From: a virus
DNA length: 64,000 bases
Reading direction: 5' to 3' (one strand)
UHGV virus genome: UHGV-0171999
The notes below the pieces were generated by a model. That model was given only the letters and a program-made list of their open reading frames with translations, was not told the origin of the DNA and made no database searches. Positions 41,295 to 51,718 of the stretch are shown here, piece by piece (within the stretch, counting starts at the first letter, position 1; each line of letters opens with the position of its first letter). Both the position numbers and the translations under genes were made by a program.

Positions 41295-41433
41295 GGAAAA
41301 TATGAATATCAAACGCATGCTTTTTAAACAAGGATTATACACTTTAAATGTTGCTCCAAAGGGCGATACGACCAAGTGGTCAGTAAATGACTGGATTAAA
41401 TTTATTGATGAAAACGGTAACTGGAAAATTTAA

Positions 41434-41634
41434 ATGAATCCTGAATCTAAATTATCGCAACGAATTGCTGAAGCTCGTCGTCAGTTCTTTGAAAATATGA
41501 TAGCCCAAGGTATTGATGACGAAGTTTTTCTAAACTGGTTTTGGAATCACAAATATTCAAGTTGCTCAGGAGCAATATTAATATCAGCCGCAATGATGTA
41601 CGAAGGCTGGAAGGGTGCCAAACAGTTTAGCTAA
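41434..41634 (+). CDS. hypothetical small protein
   Basis: 66-aa ORF followed by a terminator. Confidence 0.4.
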   Translation: MNPESKLSQRIAEARRQFFENMIAQGIDDEVFLNWFWNHKYSSCSGAILISAAMMYEGWKGAKQFS

Positions 41635-41652
41635 GGGCTTCGGCCCTTTTTT
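41635..41652 (+). terminator. intrinsic terminator (UUCG hairpin plus T-run)
   Basis: gggc-ttcg-gccc followed by tttttt. Confidence 0.6.
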
Positions 41653-41687
41653 GGATAATAAAATTTTAATGCAATTGAGGATAATGT

Positions 41688-42014
41688 ATGACTATTCAAA
41701 TTAAAAACGCCATCAATTCTTACGCATATGATAAAGTAGTTTCTTTGCTAGAAAAAGGCGATATTGTAACTCCTCAAATTTTGGATAAATGGGAAAAAGA
41801 GCTTCATCAGACGATGAAACAGAATGATCAGAAAATTGGACGCAATACTGTCCGCGAATTGTTGGTTCAATATATCTTGTCAGAATTTGATGTTAAAGCT
41901 TTTGGTGTAGAATCTAAAGCTTATCAAAAGCATGAAATTTCCGATAAGACTATTCGTCGCATGAAAAATCAACGTAAGAAAAAATTTGCAGACCTGAAAA
42001 TTACTAAGGTATGA
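41688..42014 (+). CDS. hypothetical protein
   Basis: 108-aa ORF. Confidence 0.45.
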   Translation: MTIQIKNAINSYAYDKVVSLLEKGDIVTPQILDKWEKELHQTMKQNDQKIGRNTVRELLVQYILSEFDVKAFGVESKAYQKHEISDKTIRRMKNQRKKKFADLKITKV

Positions 42015-42232
42015 ATATGAACGAAGCTCTTATTAACGATTTGCGTCTTGCTGGATATGAAGTAAATACAAATGACATTGGTTTAACTCAAATTGAAGGA
42101 AACGGATTCATCCTTGAGTATGAATTTAGCCAATGGTGGTTATATGCCAATTACGGCGAATTGATTGAATACGTTGACCAATTTGATTCACTAGATGCAG
42201 CTCTTGGAGCGGCTAAGTTGATGAATGTATGA
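42011..42232 (+). CDS. hypothetical protein
   Basis: 73-aa ORF, ATGA-coupled. Confidence 0.45.
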   Translation: MNMNEALINDLRLAGYEVNTNDIGLTQIEGNGFILEYEFSQWWLYANYGELIEYVDQFDSLDAALGAAKLMNV

Positions 42233-42498
42233 AATTTATTAATATTTCTATTACTATTGAAAATTATGGAATTTTCTATGTTGACCAATATATGAAAATT
42301 TCATTTTTCCCAAATAAGACTGGTGTTGGATATTGGGAAAGCCATGTTTCTGAATTAAATGAAAGTGAATATGTTAGTACACATGAAAAGTTTTTAGACT
42401 TTTTATATCATGCTGATTTAACTAGTCATTACATAGATATTCATGAATTTAAAAAGATGATGGAGAAAGTGTTCCAAGCATACTGCTTACTTAGATAA
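42229..42498 (+). CDS. hypothetical protein
   Basis: 89-aa ORF, ATGA-coupled. Confidence 0.45.
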   Translation: MKFINISITIENYGIFYVDQYMKISFFPNKTGVGYWESHVSELNESEYVSTHEKFLDFLYHADLTSHYIDIHEFKKMMEKVFQAYCLLR

Positions 42499-42576
42499 CT
42501 GATATCCTCTATGCTTTAAGATAGATCTTCAAATATTATGATATAATAGATCTATGAATTGAGCTAAGAGGTGAAA

Positions 42577-43134
42577 ATGTCAGAAACTAAGCCTAAATAT
42601 AATTACGTAAACAATAAAGAGCTTTTACAAGCTATTATTGATTGGAAAACAGAATTAGCAAATAATAAAGACCCAAATAAAGTAGTTCGTCAGAATGATA
42701 CTATCGGATTAGCCATTATGCTTATTGCAGAAGGCTTATCTAAACGTTTCAACTTTTCAGGATACACCCAATCCTGGAAACAAGAAATGATTGCAGATGG
42801 CATAGAAGCTTCTATTAAGGGGCTTCATAATTTTGATGAAACGAAATATAAAAACCCACATGCATATATAACTCAAGCTTGTTTTAATGCATTCGTCCAA
42901 CGTATTAAAAAAGAACGTAAGGAAGTTGCAAAGAAATATAGTTACTTCGTTCACAATGTCTATGACAGTCGTGACGACGATATGGTTGCGTTAGTAGATG
43001 AAACTTTTATTCAAGACATTTACGATAAAATGACGCATTACGAAGAATCAACCTATAGAACACCAGGGGCTGAAAAGAAAAGTGTTGTAGACGATTCTCC
43101 TAGTTTGGATTTTTTATATGAGGCTAACGATTAA
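42577..43134 (+). CDS. 55: late-transcription sigma factor gp55
   Basis: [28 protein letters not shown]...; 185 aa from Met 42577; matches recalled T4 gp55. Confidence 0.88.
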
Positions 43135-43336
43135 CCTCTCCGGATTCTTGGAAGAAATACCTGAAGTTGAAGCTATTCCCTATTTACTTAAAATGTATCT
43201 CAGGGAAGTTTTAGCTCTTGACATTGATATTGATCCAGAAAATCCGTATGATACCGCTTTTAAATCTAATGGTGTAGAATTAAACTATCGGTATCATTTA
43301 ACAGATGATGATTTTTATTTTATATTAGAGAAATAA
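43118..43336 (+). CDS. hypothetical protein
   Basis: 72-aa ORF. Confidence 0.4.
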
Positions 43337-43337
43337 T

Positions 43338-43655
43338 ATGACTGATAAACCCGAAATTAATGATGAAGTGGAAAAGCTTATTTCTTCTATTGAAGAAAAG
43401 AACCGTCTTGAAGCAGAAAGAAAAGCAAATAAGTTATTGTCTAAAAATAAACGTGAACTGAACCGTCTTTATAAGCACGCTCAGATTGCAGCTGAAAACA
43501 ATAATTTTGCTCAATACGAATATGCTATCAAGAAAAGTCGGGATATTCTAAAACAGCCATATAACGATGAACTTATTAGTATTCTTTGGAAGACTACTAG
43601 ATCGCAGATTGAGGATATGATTGATGCTTACACACGTAAAATTCAAGCGTCTTAA
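43338..43655 (+). CDS. hypothetical protein
   Basis: 105-aa ORF. Confidence 0.4.
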   Translation: MTDKPEINDEVEKLISSIEEKNRLEAERKANKLLSKNKRELNRLYKHAQIAAENNNFAQYEYAIKKSRDILKQPYNDELISILWKTTRSQIEDMIDAYTRKIQAS

Positions 43656-43827
43656 AATTAATGCAGGATTTACTGAATCTTTGAATGGTCATCTTTGCGT
43701 GAAAATTTCTGAAAAAGAATACCATGATAGTTCAATCAAAGAAGTTAATCCTCCTATTGTAAGAGCAGACCCTAATATGAAAGTGTGGGTTGATTCTTAT
43801 CAAGTCAAAAAATGGTGGCAGTTATGA
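43621..43827 (+). CDS. hypothetical protein
   Basis: 68-aa ORF overlapping the previous ORF. Confidence 0.35.
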   Translation: MMLTHVKFKRLKINAGFTESLNGHLCVKISEKEYHDSSIKEVNPPIVRADPNMKVWVDSYQVKKWWQL

Positions 43828-44002
43828 AAGATGAACACCCAGACTTCTGAAATAGATTATAACAAAATTCGTTCCTCTAAAGTAGAAATGATGAGACGCT
43901 TTAAAGAGGCTCACGATAAAGCTAAAGCAGAAGGAACTATAACATATAAGCGTATAAAATTTAGAAGCTCTAATGAGCCTCTGTATGGTGTATTATGTGG
44001 AT

Positions 44003-44018
44003 AGGAGCTTCGGCTCCT
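44003..44018 (+). terminator. UUCG-tetraloop RNA hairpin (no T-run)
   Basis: aggagc-ttcg-gctcct upstream of a-gt. Confidence 0.35.
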
Positions 44019-44070
44019 ATATTGCTTTATAAATTTTTGGTAAAATAAACCAAAACAATGAGGATATTAA

Positions 44071-45285
44071 ATGAAAGTATGTATTTTTATGGCTCGAGGT
44101 CTTGAAGGTTGCGGTGTAACTAAATTTTCTCTTGAGCAGCGTGATTGGTTTATTAAAAATGGTCATGAAGTAACTTTGGTTTATGCTAAAGATAAATCAT
44201 TTACCCGTAATTGCGCGCATGATTATAAATCATTTTCAATTCCGGTTTTATTGGCAAAAGAATACGATAAAACGCTTAAGTTGGTAAATGATTGTGATAT
44301 TCTAATTATCAATTCAGTTCCTGCTACTTCAGTCGAAGAAGACACAATTAATAACTATAAAAAAATTATTGATAACATTAAACCTTCGGTTCGTGTTGTA
44401 GTTTATCAACATGACCATTCTTCTCTTTCTTTGCGCCGAAATTTGGGATTAGAAGAAACTGTTCGTCGAGCTGATGTTATTTTTAGTCATTCTGACAATG
44501 GTGACTTTAATAAAGTTTTAATGAAAGAATGGTATCCGGAAACTGTTTCTCTGTTTGATGATATTGAAGAAGCACCGACTGTATATAACTTCCAGCCTCC
44601 TATGGATATTGCGAAGGTTCGATCAACCTACTGGAAAGATGTTTCTGAAATTAACATGAATATCAACCGTTGGATTGGTCGTACGACTACATGGAAAGGT
44701 TTTTATCAGATGTTTGATTTTCACGAAAAACATCTTAAACCTGCAGGACTAAGTACTATTATGGAAGGTTTGGAACGTTCTCCAGCGTTCATTCCTATTA
44801 AAGAAAAAGGAATTCCAAAAGGAATTCCATACGAGTATTATCGTCTTCATCAAGTAGACCAAATTAAAATTGCTCCTAATTTGCCGACGCAAATTCTCGA
44901 CCGTTATGTAAATAGCGAAATGCTTGAACGCATGAGTAAATCCGGATTTGGTTATCAGCTGAGTAAGTTGGACAAAAAATATCTACAGCGTTCTTTAGAA
45001 TACACTCATCTCGAGCTTGGTGCATGCGGAACAATTCCAGTATTTTGGAAATCTACTGGTGAAAATTTAAAATTCCGTGTTGATAATACTCCATTAATTT
45101 CTCATGATAGCGGTATCGTTTGGTTTGATGAAAATGACATGGAATCAACATTTGAGCGTATTAAAGAACTGTCATCTGACCGAGCTCTTTATGACCGTGA
45201 ACGTGAAAAAGCTTATGAATTTTTGTATCAGCATCAAGATTCAAGCTTCTGTTTTAAAGAACAGTTTGACATTATTACAAAATAA
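44071..45285 (+). CDS. a-gt: DNA alpha-glucosyltransferase
   Basis: 404-aa ORF MKVCIFMARGLEGCGVTKFSLEQRDWFIKNGHEVTLVYAKDK...; strong match to recalled T4 alpha-gt. Confidence 0.9.
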   Translation: MKVCIFMARGLEGCGVTKFSLEQRDWFIKNGHEVTLVYAKDKSFTRNCAHDYKSFSIPVLLAKEYDKTLKLVNDCDILIINSVPATSVEEDTINNYKKIIDNIKPSVRVVVYQHDHSSLSLRRNLGLEETVRRADVIFSHSDNGDFNKVLMKEWYPETVSLFDDIEEAPTVYNFQPPMDIAKVRSTYWKDVSEINMNINRWIGRTTTWKGFYQMFDFHEKHLKPAGLSTIMEGLERSPAFIPIKEKGIPKGIPYEYYRLHQVDQIKIAPNLPTQILDRYVNSEMLERMSKSGFGYQLSKLDKKYLQRSLEYTHLELGACGTIPVFWKSTGENLKFRVDNTPLISHDSGIVWFDENDMESTFERIKELSSDRALYDREREKAYEFLYQHQDSSFCFKEQFDIITK

Positions 45286-45300
45286 AGGGCTTCGGCCCTT
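45285..45300 (+). terminator. UUCG-tetraloop hairpin after a-gt
   Basis: aagggc-ttcg-gccctt directly after the stop codon. Confidence 0.5.
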
Positions 45301-45461
45301 TAGCTTTATACGGAGTTTGATATAATGATATTTCTTGGATATGTGATACTTTTTCTGGCGTTTTATTTGTTCACCAGAGCATGTTGGATTGGGTTCTTTA
45401 GTACTCCAGATGGATTTATTTCAATAATTTTATTTTGCATTTCAATGACGGTTCTTGATAT

Positions 45462-46481
45462 ATGAAAATTTTAAATTTAGGTGATTGGCATTTAGGCGTT
45501 AAAGCCGATGATGAGTGGATTCGCGGTATTCAAATTGATGGAATTAAACAAGCAATAGAATATTCTAAGAAAAATGGAATTACTACCTGGATTCAATACG
45601 GTGATATTTTTGATGTGCGAAAAGCGATCACACATAAAACTATGGAGTTTGCCCGTGAAATAGTTCAAATGCTTGATGATGCTGGAATTACATTACACAC
45701 TATTGTAGGAAATCACGATCTCCACTATAAAAATGTAATGCATCCAAATGCCTCTACCGAGCTTTTGGCTAAATATCCTAATGTTAAAGTATATGATAAG
45801 CCTACTACAGTAGATTTTGACGGATGTTTGATTGATTTAATTCCTTGGATGTGTGAAGAAAATACTGGTGAAATTCTTGAACACATCAAAACTTCATCTG
45901 CTTCTTTTTGTGTTGGTCACTGGGAACTGAATGGATTTTATTTTTATAAAGGAATGAAATCTCACGGTCTTGAACCTGATTTCCTTAAGACTTATAAAGA
46001 GGTATGGTCTGGTCACTTCCATACTATCTCTGAGGCTGCTAACGTCAGATATATTGGGACACCATGGACACTAACTGCAGGTGACGAGAATGACCCTCGT
46101 GGGTTCTGGATGTTTGATACAGAAACAGAACGAATGGAATTTATTCCAAACAACACTACCTGGCATCGTCGAATTCAATATCCATTTAAGGGAAAAATTG
46201 ACTATAAAGATTTTACAAATCTATCAGTACGTGTTATAGTAACTGAGGTAGACAAAAATCTGACGAAGTTCGAATCTGAACTAGAAAAAGTTGTGCATTC
46301 ATTACGAGTTGTGTCAAAGATTGATAACTCTGTCGAGTCAGATGATAGTGAAGAAGTTGAAGTTCAATCTCTTCAGACGTTGATGGAAGAATACATTAAT
46401 GCAATTCCAGACATCACTGATTCTGACCGCGAAGCACTTATTCAATATGCAAATCAGTTATATGTAGAGGCAACACAATGA
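45462..46481 (+). CDS. 47: recombination exonuclease subunit gp47 (Mre11/SbcD-like)
   Basis: 339-aa ORF with phosphoesterase motifs GDWHLG, GNHD, GHFH; synteny with gene 46. Confidence 0.9.
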   Translation: MKILNLGDWHLGVKADDEWIRGIQIDGIKQAIEYSKKNGITTWIQYGDIFDVRKAITHKTMEFAREIVQMLDDAGITLHTIVGNHDLHYKNVMHPNASTELLAKYPNVKVYDKPTTVDFDGCLIDLIPWMCEENTGEILEHIKTSSASFCVGHWELNGFYFYKGMKSHGLEPDFLKTYKEVWSGHFHTISEAANVRYIGTPWTLTAGDENDPRGFWMFDTETERMEFIPNNTTWHRRIQYPFKGKIDYKDFTNLSVRVIVTEVDKNLTKFESELEKVVHSLRVVSKIDNSVESDDSEEVEVQSLQTLMEEYINAIPDITDSDREALIQYANQLYVEATQ

Positions 46482-46741
46482 CTTTTGATGAATTTAAAAA
46501 TGTTATGATGAGTCAGCATTTTGAATGCGAAGTAAAAGATGATATTGGGCATAAAGAAATTATTGAATATTGGTTTGAACCACTAGAGGTTGAAGATAAT
46601 TGTATTAAAAAGGTCACGGTCTGCACTGACTGGGCTGTATCTTTTAACTTCAACATTTTAGATAATGACACACCTAAATCATTACAAGATATGGCTGTAT
46701 CTTGTATTAAGGATGCATACTGTGAAGTTTTCGACATTTGA
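46478..46741 (+). CDS. hypothetical protein (46.2 position)
   Basis: 87-aa ORF, ATGA-coupled to gene 47. Confidence 0.45.
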   Translation: MTFDEFKNVMMSQHFECEVKDDIGHKEIIEYWFEPLEVEDNCIKKVTVCTDWAVSFNFNILDNDTPKSLQDMAVSCIKDAYCEVFDI

Positions 46742-46928
46742 CATTAATGATGAATTCATAGCAAACATTGATTATACCGAAGAAGATTCTAGATATGTTG
46801 GAATAATTTATATCACATCAAAAGCAGCGCAAGGTGTTGTTTGCATGGCTGAATTTGATGAATACTTTTTAGATTATGATGATATGATAGAATGGTCTAA
46901 AAGATACATTAAAAGGAATCTTTTGTGA
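46665..46928 (+). CDS. hypothetical protein (46.1 position); overlaps the upstream ORF in another frame
   Basis: 87-aa ORF; overlap of 29 to 77 nt depending on start. Confidence 0.4.
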   Translation: MTHLNHYKIWLYLVLRMHTVKFSTFDINDEFIANIDYTEEDSRYVGIIYITSKAAQGVVCMAEFDEYFLDYDDMIEWSKRYIKRNLL

Positions 46929-48613
46929 AGAATTTTAAACTTAATAGAGTAAAATATAAAAATATAATGTCAGTTGGTCAAAATGGGATTGACATTCAAT
47001 TAGATAAGGTTCAAAAAACTCTTATTACTGGACGAAATGGCGGTGGTAAGTCTACTATGTTAGAAGCCATCACATTCGGGCTTTTTGGCAAGCCATTCCG
47101 TGATGTAAAGAAAGGTCAATTAATAAACAGCACAAATAAGAAAGAACTTTTAGTTGAACTGTGGATGGAATATGATGAGAAAAAGTACTATATCAAAAGA
47201 GGACAAAAACCAAATGTTTTCGAAATCACCGTTAACGGTACACGTCTTAATGAATCTGCCAGCAGTAAAGATTTCCAAGCAGAATTTGAACAGCTTATCG
47301 GAATGTCATATGCCAGTTTCAAACAGATCGTCGTACTCGGCACGGCTGGATATACCCCTTTTATGGGCCTATCCACTCCTGCAAGAAGAAAGCTTGTCGA
47401 AGACCTGCTCGAGGTAGGAACATTAGCTGAAATGGATAAGCTTAATAAAGCACTAATACGTGAATTAAATTCACAGAACCAAGTGCTTGATGTTAAAAAA
47501 GATAGTATTATCCAACAAATTAAAATATATAATGATAACGTTGAACGCCAGAAAAAATTAACTGGTGATAACCTTACTCGTCTACAGAATATGTATGATG
47601 ATTTGGCAAAAGAAGCCAGAACGTTAAAATCGGAAATAGAAGAAGCTAATGAAAGATTAGTTAATATTGTTTTGGATGAAGACCCGACTGATGCATTTAA
47701 TAAAATCGGTCAAGAAGCATTTTTAATTAAATCAAAAATTGACTCGTATAATAAAGTCATTAATATGTATCACGAAGGTGGATTATGTCCAACCTGTTTG
47801 TCACAATTAAGTTCCGGCGATAAAGTTGTTTCTAAAATTAAAGATAAAGTTTCTGAATGCACGCATTCGTTTGAACAGCTTTCAACACATCGTGATAATT
47901 TAAAAGTTCTTGTTGATGAATACCGAGATAATATTAAAACCCAGCAGACGTTGGCGAATGATATTCGCAATAAAAAGCAATCTCTAATCACGACGGTAGA
48001 TAAAGCTAAAAAAGTTAAAGCAGCTATAGAAAAGGCATCATCTGAGTTTATTGACCATGCTGATGAAATAGCACTGCTTCAAGAAGAACTTGATAAAATT
48101 GTTAAGACAAAAACTAATTTAGTAATGGAAAAATACCACAGAGGAATTTTGACTGACATGCTCAAAGATTCTGGTATTAAAGGTGCTATTATTAAAAAGT
48201 ACATTCCATTATTTAATAAGCAGATTAACCATTATCTTAAAATAATGGAAGCGGATTATGTGTTTACATTAGATGAAGAATTTAATGAGACAATTAAATC
48301 CCGTGGTCGTGAAGATTTTAGTTATGCTTCATTTAGTCAAGGTGAAAAAGCACGAATTGATATTGCTCTTTTATTTACTTGGCGTGATATTGCTGAAAAA
48401 GTTTCAGGTGTTAAAATAAGTTGTTTATTTCTTGATGAAGTGTATGACGGTGCATTTGATGCTGAAGGTATTAAAAATGTGGCTAAAATTTTAGATGGTT
48501 TGAAGAATACCAACTTCTTCATAATTTCGCATAAAGACCATGACCCACAGGAATATGGTCAGCACATTCAAATGGAAAAAGTTGGTAGATTTAGTTTAGC
48601 TAAGATTAGTTAG
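46925..48613 (+). CDS. 46: recombination exonuclease subunit gp46 (Rad50/SbcC-like ATPase), apparent GTG start
   Basis: 562-aa ORF; Walker A GRNGGGKST, central coiled coil with CPTC zinc hook, C-terminal Walker B LFLDEVYDG. Confidence 0.92.
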   Translation: MKNFKLNRVKYKNIMSVGQNGIDIQLDKVQKTLITGRNGGGKSTMLEAITFGLFGKPFRDVKKGQLINSTNKKELLVELWMEYDEKKYYIKRGQKPNVFEITVNGTRLNESASSKDFQAEFEQLIGMSYASFKQIVVLGTAGYTPFMGLSTPARRKLVEDLLEVGTLAEMDKLNKALIRELNSQNQVLDVKKDSIIQQIKIYNDNVERQKKLTGDNLTRLQNMYDDLAKEARTLKSEIEEANERLVNIVLDEDPTDAFNKIGQEAFLIKSKIDSYNKVINMYHEGGLCPTCLSQLSSGDKVVSKIKDKVSECTHSFEQLSTHRDNLKVLVDEYRDNIKTQQTLANDIRNKKQSLITTVDKAKKVKAAIEKASSEFIDHADEIALLQEELDKIVKTKTNLVMEKYHRGILTDMLKDSGIKGAIIKKYIPLFNKQINHYLKIMEADYVFTLDEEFNETIKSRGREDFSYASFSQGEKARIDIALLFTWRDIAEKVSGVKISCLFLDEVYDGAFDAEGIKNVAKILDGLKNTNFFIISHKDHDPQEYGQHIQMEKVGRFSLAKIS

Positions 48614-49322
48614 GTTTATATTTACAATTATCATTATGCCATCTTGATAAATTTCCGAAAGTGGTAACTTTACCACAATGGACGCAAGTACCAGTCTTTT
48701 CAGTTTTCTTGCGTCCATTTGGATTTTTCTTGCAGAAATTTCTATGCGCTGCGATAACGCATTTCTTGCCTATCATTCCGCAGAATTCGCAGGATGTTTC
48801 TTCAAGAACGATTGCTTTAAGCCCGTTTGAGATATTATTTCTGTGTTCTTTAGACATTGGCGGTCTAACTTTAGGATTGGGGTGATTTGGGCAGTTATCA
48901 AAATGCCATCGATTCATATTCCCGCTTAATCCAGACTTACCGCAATGTGGACAAGTTAGTCTTGCTTTATTAGCTACTGCATCGGACATTTTCTTTCGTG
49001 TCTCTTGGGAGAACTCTTTATTCTTTTCTATTTCCCAGAGTTTACGACGAATCCAGCCGAAAGTTTTATTGTTGCGTTTAGCGTATTTCGTAGAAACTGT
49101 CATCATGTTAGCAGCATAGACTAATTTTGGTTCAGAAGGATAAATTTTTACTAAAAGTTGATGAGCTACATAGTGCTCTTCTGGTGTTAAATCTACTAAG
49201 TTTGAAGCATCATCGCTACCATTTAAACAGCGTGGTATAATGTGATGAGATTCAGTATAGCAATCAAGTTTTCGAGATTTAGCATTAGAGATTAACTTTT
49301 CGTAAATTAGTTTATAATTCAT
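48606..49322 (-). CDS. HNH homing endonuclease (Mob-like), antisense to neighbouring genes
   Basis: HNH motif ESHHIIPRCLNGSDDASNLVDLTPEEHYVAH; three C-terminal CxxCG...RWHxDNC zinc-finger-like repeats; overlaps gene 46 stop by 8 nt. Confidence 0.8.
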   Translation of the reverse strand: MNYKLIYEKLISNAKSRKLDCYTESHHIIPRCLNGSDDASNLVDLTPEEHYVAHQLLVKIYPSEPKLVYAANMMTVSTKYAKRNNKTFGWIRRKLWEIEKNKEFSQETRKKMSDAVANKARLTCPHCGKSGLSGNMNRWHFDNCPNHPNPKVRPPMSKEHRNNISNGLKAIVLEETSCEFCGMIGKKCVIAAHRNFCKKNPNGRKKTEKTGTCVHCGKVTTFGNLSRWHNDNCKYKPN

Positions 49323-49355
49323 AACATATCCTTTTGATACAGCGAGTGATAAACA

Positions 49356-49363
49356 TATTTATA
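49356..49363 (-). promoter_or_regulatory. late promoter TATAAATA (minus strand) upstream of the HNH gene
   Basis: Plus strand reads tatttata about 34 nt upstream of the HNH ATG at 49322. Confidence 0.45.
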
Positions 49364-49373
49364 CGGAGGAACT

Positions 49374-49565
49374 GTGGCAGAATATTCAACTGGACAGCAT
49401 CTATTAACTATTCCTGAAATAAAACGATATATTCTGAGAAATAATTTTTCTAATGAAGAGCATATAGTTACTGAATCTATGCTTAAGAATGCATTTAAAG
49501 CAGAATATACGAAAATAATGTCCAACAGAAATGAAGCTTGGACTGTTACTGATTATTATGACTAA
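49374..49565 (+). CDS. hypothetical small protein (apparent GTG start)
   Basis: 63-aa ORF after SD ggagga. Confidence 0.4.
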   Translation: MAEYSTGQHLLTIPEIKRYILRNNFSNEEHIVTESMLKNAFKAEYTKIMSNRNEAWTVTDYYD

Positions 49566-49574
49566 AGGTGTATT

Positions 49575-49964
49575 ATGACTAAAATTACCGTGAATTATAC
49601 TGTTGATGTAAAAGATATTCAGCCAAAACACGTGCGTTCTGAATCAAATCCGCAAAACCAAAATAAAATTCGTCGAGCATGGGTTTTGTCTCTTTCTGAT
49701 AACGCAATGGAAGTTATTCAGAATAAAATTAAATCTGCACCTGCTCGTCATGCGTATTATGAAGCTATCGATCGTGAAGTGAGTGATAAATGGATTGAAC
49801 TGATGCGCAAACATACGGCAGAATCTCTAAACGCTGGTGCCAAATTTATTATGACTTCATGTGGTGAACGCCTTGAAGATGATTATTGCGGTAATGCAGA
49901 TGAACGTCTAATTGTTGCTGCTCAAATTGTTGCTGAAACAATTGCTGCTGATTTTAATCGTTAA
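49575..49964 (+). CDS. rpbA: RNA polymerase binding protein RpbA-position protein
   Basis: 129-aa ORF immediately upstream of gene 45 as in T4. Confidence 0.5.
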   Translation: MTKITVNYTVDVKDIQPKHVRSESNPQNQNKIRRAWVLSLSDNAMEVIQNKIKSAPARHAYYEAIDREVSDKWIELMRKHTAESLNAGAKFIMTSCGERLEDDYCGNADERLIVAAQIVAETIAADFNR

Positions 49965-49965
49965 T

Positions 49966-49990
49966 TGCTTTATTAAATTAGTTATAAAAT
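49966..49990 (+). promoter_or_regulatory. putative middle promoter for gene 45
   Basis: MotA-box-like aTTGCTTTA about 10-12 bp upstream of TATAAAAT; approx coordinates. Confidence 0.35.
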
Positions 49991-50019
49991 TAAATCTCAT
50001 TTGAATTGAAGGAAATTAC

Positions 50020-50706
50020 ATGAAACTGTCTAAAGATACTACTGCTCTGCTTAAAAATTTCGCTACTATTAACTCCGGTATTATGCTTAAATCTGGTCAA
50101 TTTATTATGACTCGCGCGGTTAATGGTACAACTTATGCGGAAGCAAATATTTCTGACACTATTGATTTTGATGTAGCGATTTACGATTTGAACGGTTTTC
50201 TCGGTATTCTGTCCCTAGTTAATGACGATGCAGAAATTTCCCAGTCAGAAGATGGAAATATTAAAATTGCTGATGCTCGTTCAACAATTTTTTGGCCAGC
50301 AGCCGATCCGAGTACAGTAGTTGCTCCTAATAAACCAATTCCATTCCCAGTAGCATCTGTTGTTACCGAAATTAAAGCTGAAGACCTTCAACAGCTGTTG
50401 CGTGTATCTCGTGGTCTGCAGATTGATACAATTGCTATCACAGTAAAAGAAGGTAAAATCGTAATTAACGGTTTTAATAAAGTAGAAGATTCTGCTTTGA
50501 CCCGTGTTAAATATTCTTTGACTCTTGGTGATTATGATGGTGAAAATACATTTAATTTCATTATCAATATGGCAAATATGAAAATGCAACCAGGAAATTA
50601 TAAACTTCTGCTCTGGGCAAAAGGTAAACAAGGCGCTGCTAAATTTGAAGGTGAACACGCGAATTATGTAGTAGCTCTTGAAGCTGATTCTACTCACGAT
50701 TTTTAA
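50020..50706 (+). CDS. 45: sliding clamp gp45
   Basis: 228-aa ORF MKLSKDTTALLKNFATINSGIMLKSGQFIMTRAVNGTTYAEANISD...; matches recalled T4 gp45. Confidence 0.95.
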   Translation: MKLSKDTTALLKNFATINSGIMLKSGQFIMTRAVNGTTYAEANISDTIDFDVAIYDLNGFLGILSLVNDDAEISQSEDGNIKIADARSTIFWPAADPSTVVAPNKPIPFPVASVVTEIKAEDLQQLLRVSRGLQIDTIAITVKEGKIVINGFNKVEDSALTRVKYSLTLGDYDGENTFNFIINMANMKMQPGNYKLLLWAKGKQGAAKFEGEHANYVVALEADSTHDF

Positions 50707-50708
50707 TA

Positions 50709-50724
50709 GAGGGCTTCGGCCCTT
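50709..50724 (+). terminator. UUCG-tetraloop hairpin after gene 45
   Basis: gagggc-ttcg-gccctt. Confidence 0.5.
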
Positions 50725-50757
50725 TATAATTTACACTAAAACTTGAATGAGGAAATT

Positions 50758-51717
50758 ATGATTACTGTAAATGAAAAAGAACACATTCTTGAACAGAAAT
50801 ATCGTCCATCTACTATCGATGAATGTATTCTTCCCGCCTTTGATAAAGAAACCTTTAAATCTATTACAAGTAAAGGTAAGATTCCGCATATTATTCTTCA
50901 TTCTCCTTCTCCAGGAACAGGTAAAACAACTGTAGCAAAAGCATTGTGTCATGATGTAAATGCTGATATGATGTTTGTGAATGGGTCAGATTGTAAAATT
51001 GATTTCGTTCGTGGTCCTTTGACTAATTTTGCTAGTGCAGCTTCATTTGATGGTCGTCAAAAAGTAATCGTTATTGATGAATTTGACCGCTCAGGGTTAG
51101 CAGAGTCTCAGCGACATCTTCGTTCCTTTATGGAAGCTTATAGTTCAAACTGTAGTATTATTATTACTGCTAACAATATTGATGGTATTATTAAACCACT
51201 TCAGTCACGCTGTCGCGTTATTACATTCGGTCAACCGACCGATGAAGATAAAATTGAAATGATGAAGCAGATGATTCGTCGATTGACTGAAATCTGTAAG
51301 CATGAAGGAATTGCTATAGCTGATATGAAAGTTGTAGCAGCTTTGGTTAAAAAGAATTTTCCTGATTTTCGTAAAACTATTGGTGAGCTCGATAGTTATT
51401 CATCTAAAGGTGTTTTGGATGCTGGTATTTTATCACTGGTTACTAACGATCGTGGTGCTATTGATGATGTTCTTGAATCTCTCAAAAATAAAGATGTTAA
51501 ACAGCTCAGAGCTTTAGCACCAAAATATGCGGCTGATTATTCGTGGTTCGTTGGTAAACTTGCCGAAGAAATCTATACACGCGTAACTCCGCAAAGTATT
51601 ATTCGTATGTATGAAATTGTTGGTGAAAATAACCAGTATCATGGAATTGCGGCTAATACGGAATTACATTTAGCATATCTTTTCATTCAATTAGCATGCG
51701 AAATGCAGTGGAAGTGA
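50758..51717 (+). CDS. 44: clamp loader large subunit gp44
   Basis: 319 aa from Met 50758; Walker [15 protein letters not shown] box, SRC motif. Confidence 0.92.
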   Translation: MITVNEKEHILEQKYRPSTIDECILPAFDKETFKSITSKGKIPHIILHSPSPGTGKTTVAKALCHDVNADMMFVNGSDCKIDFVRGPLTNFASAASFDGRQKVIVIDEFDRSGLAESQRHLRSFMEAYSSNCSIIITANNIDGIIKPLQSRCRVITFGQPTDEDKIEMMKQMIRRLTEICKHEGIAIADMKVVAALVKKNFPDFRKTIGELDSYSSKGVLDAGILSLVTNDRGAIDDVLESLKNKDVKQLRALAPKYAADYSWFVGKLAEEIYTRVTPQSIIRMYEIVGENNQYHGIAANTELHLAYLFIQLACEMQWK

Positions 51718-51718
51718 T

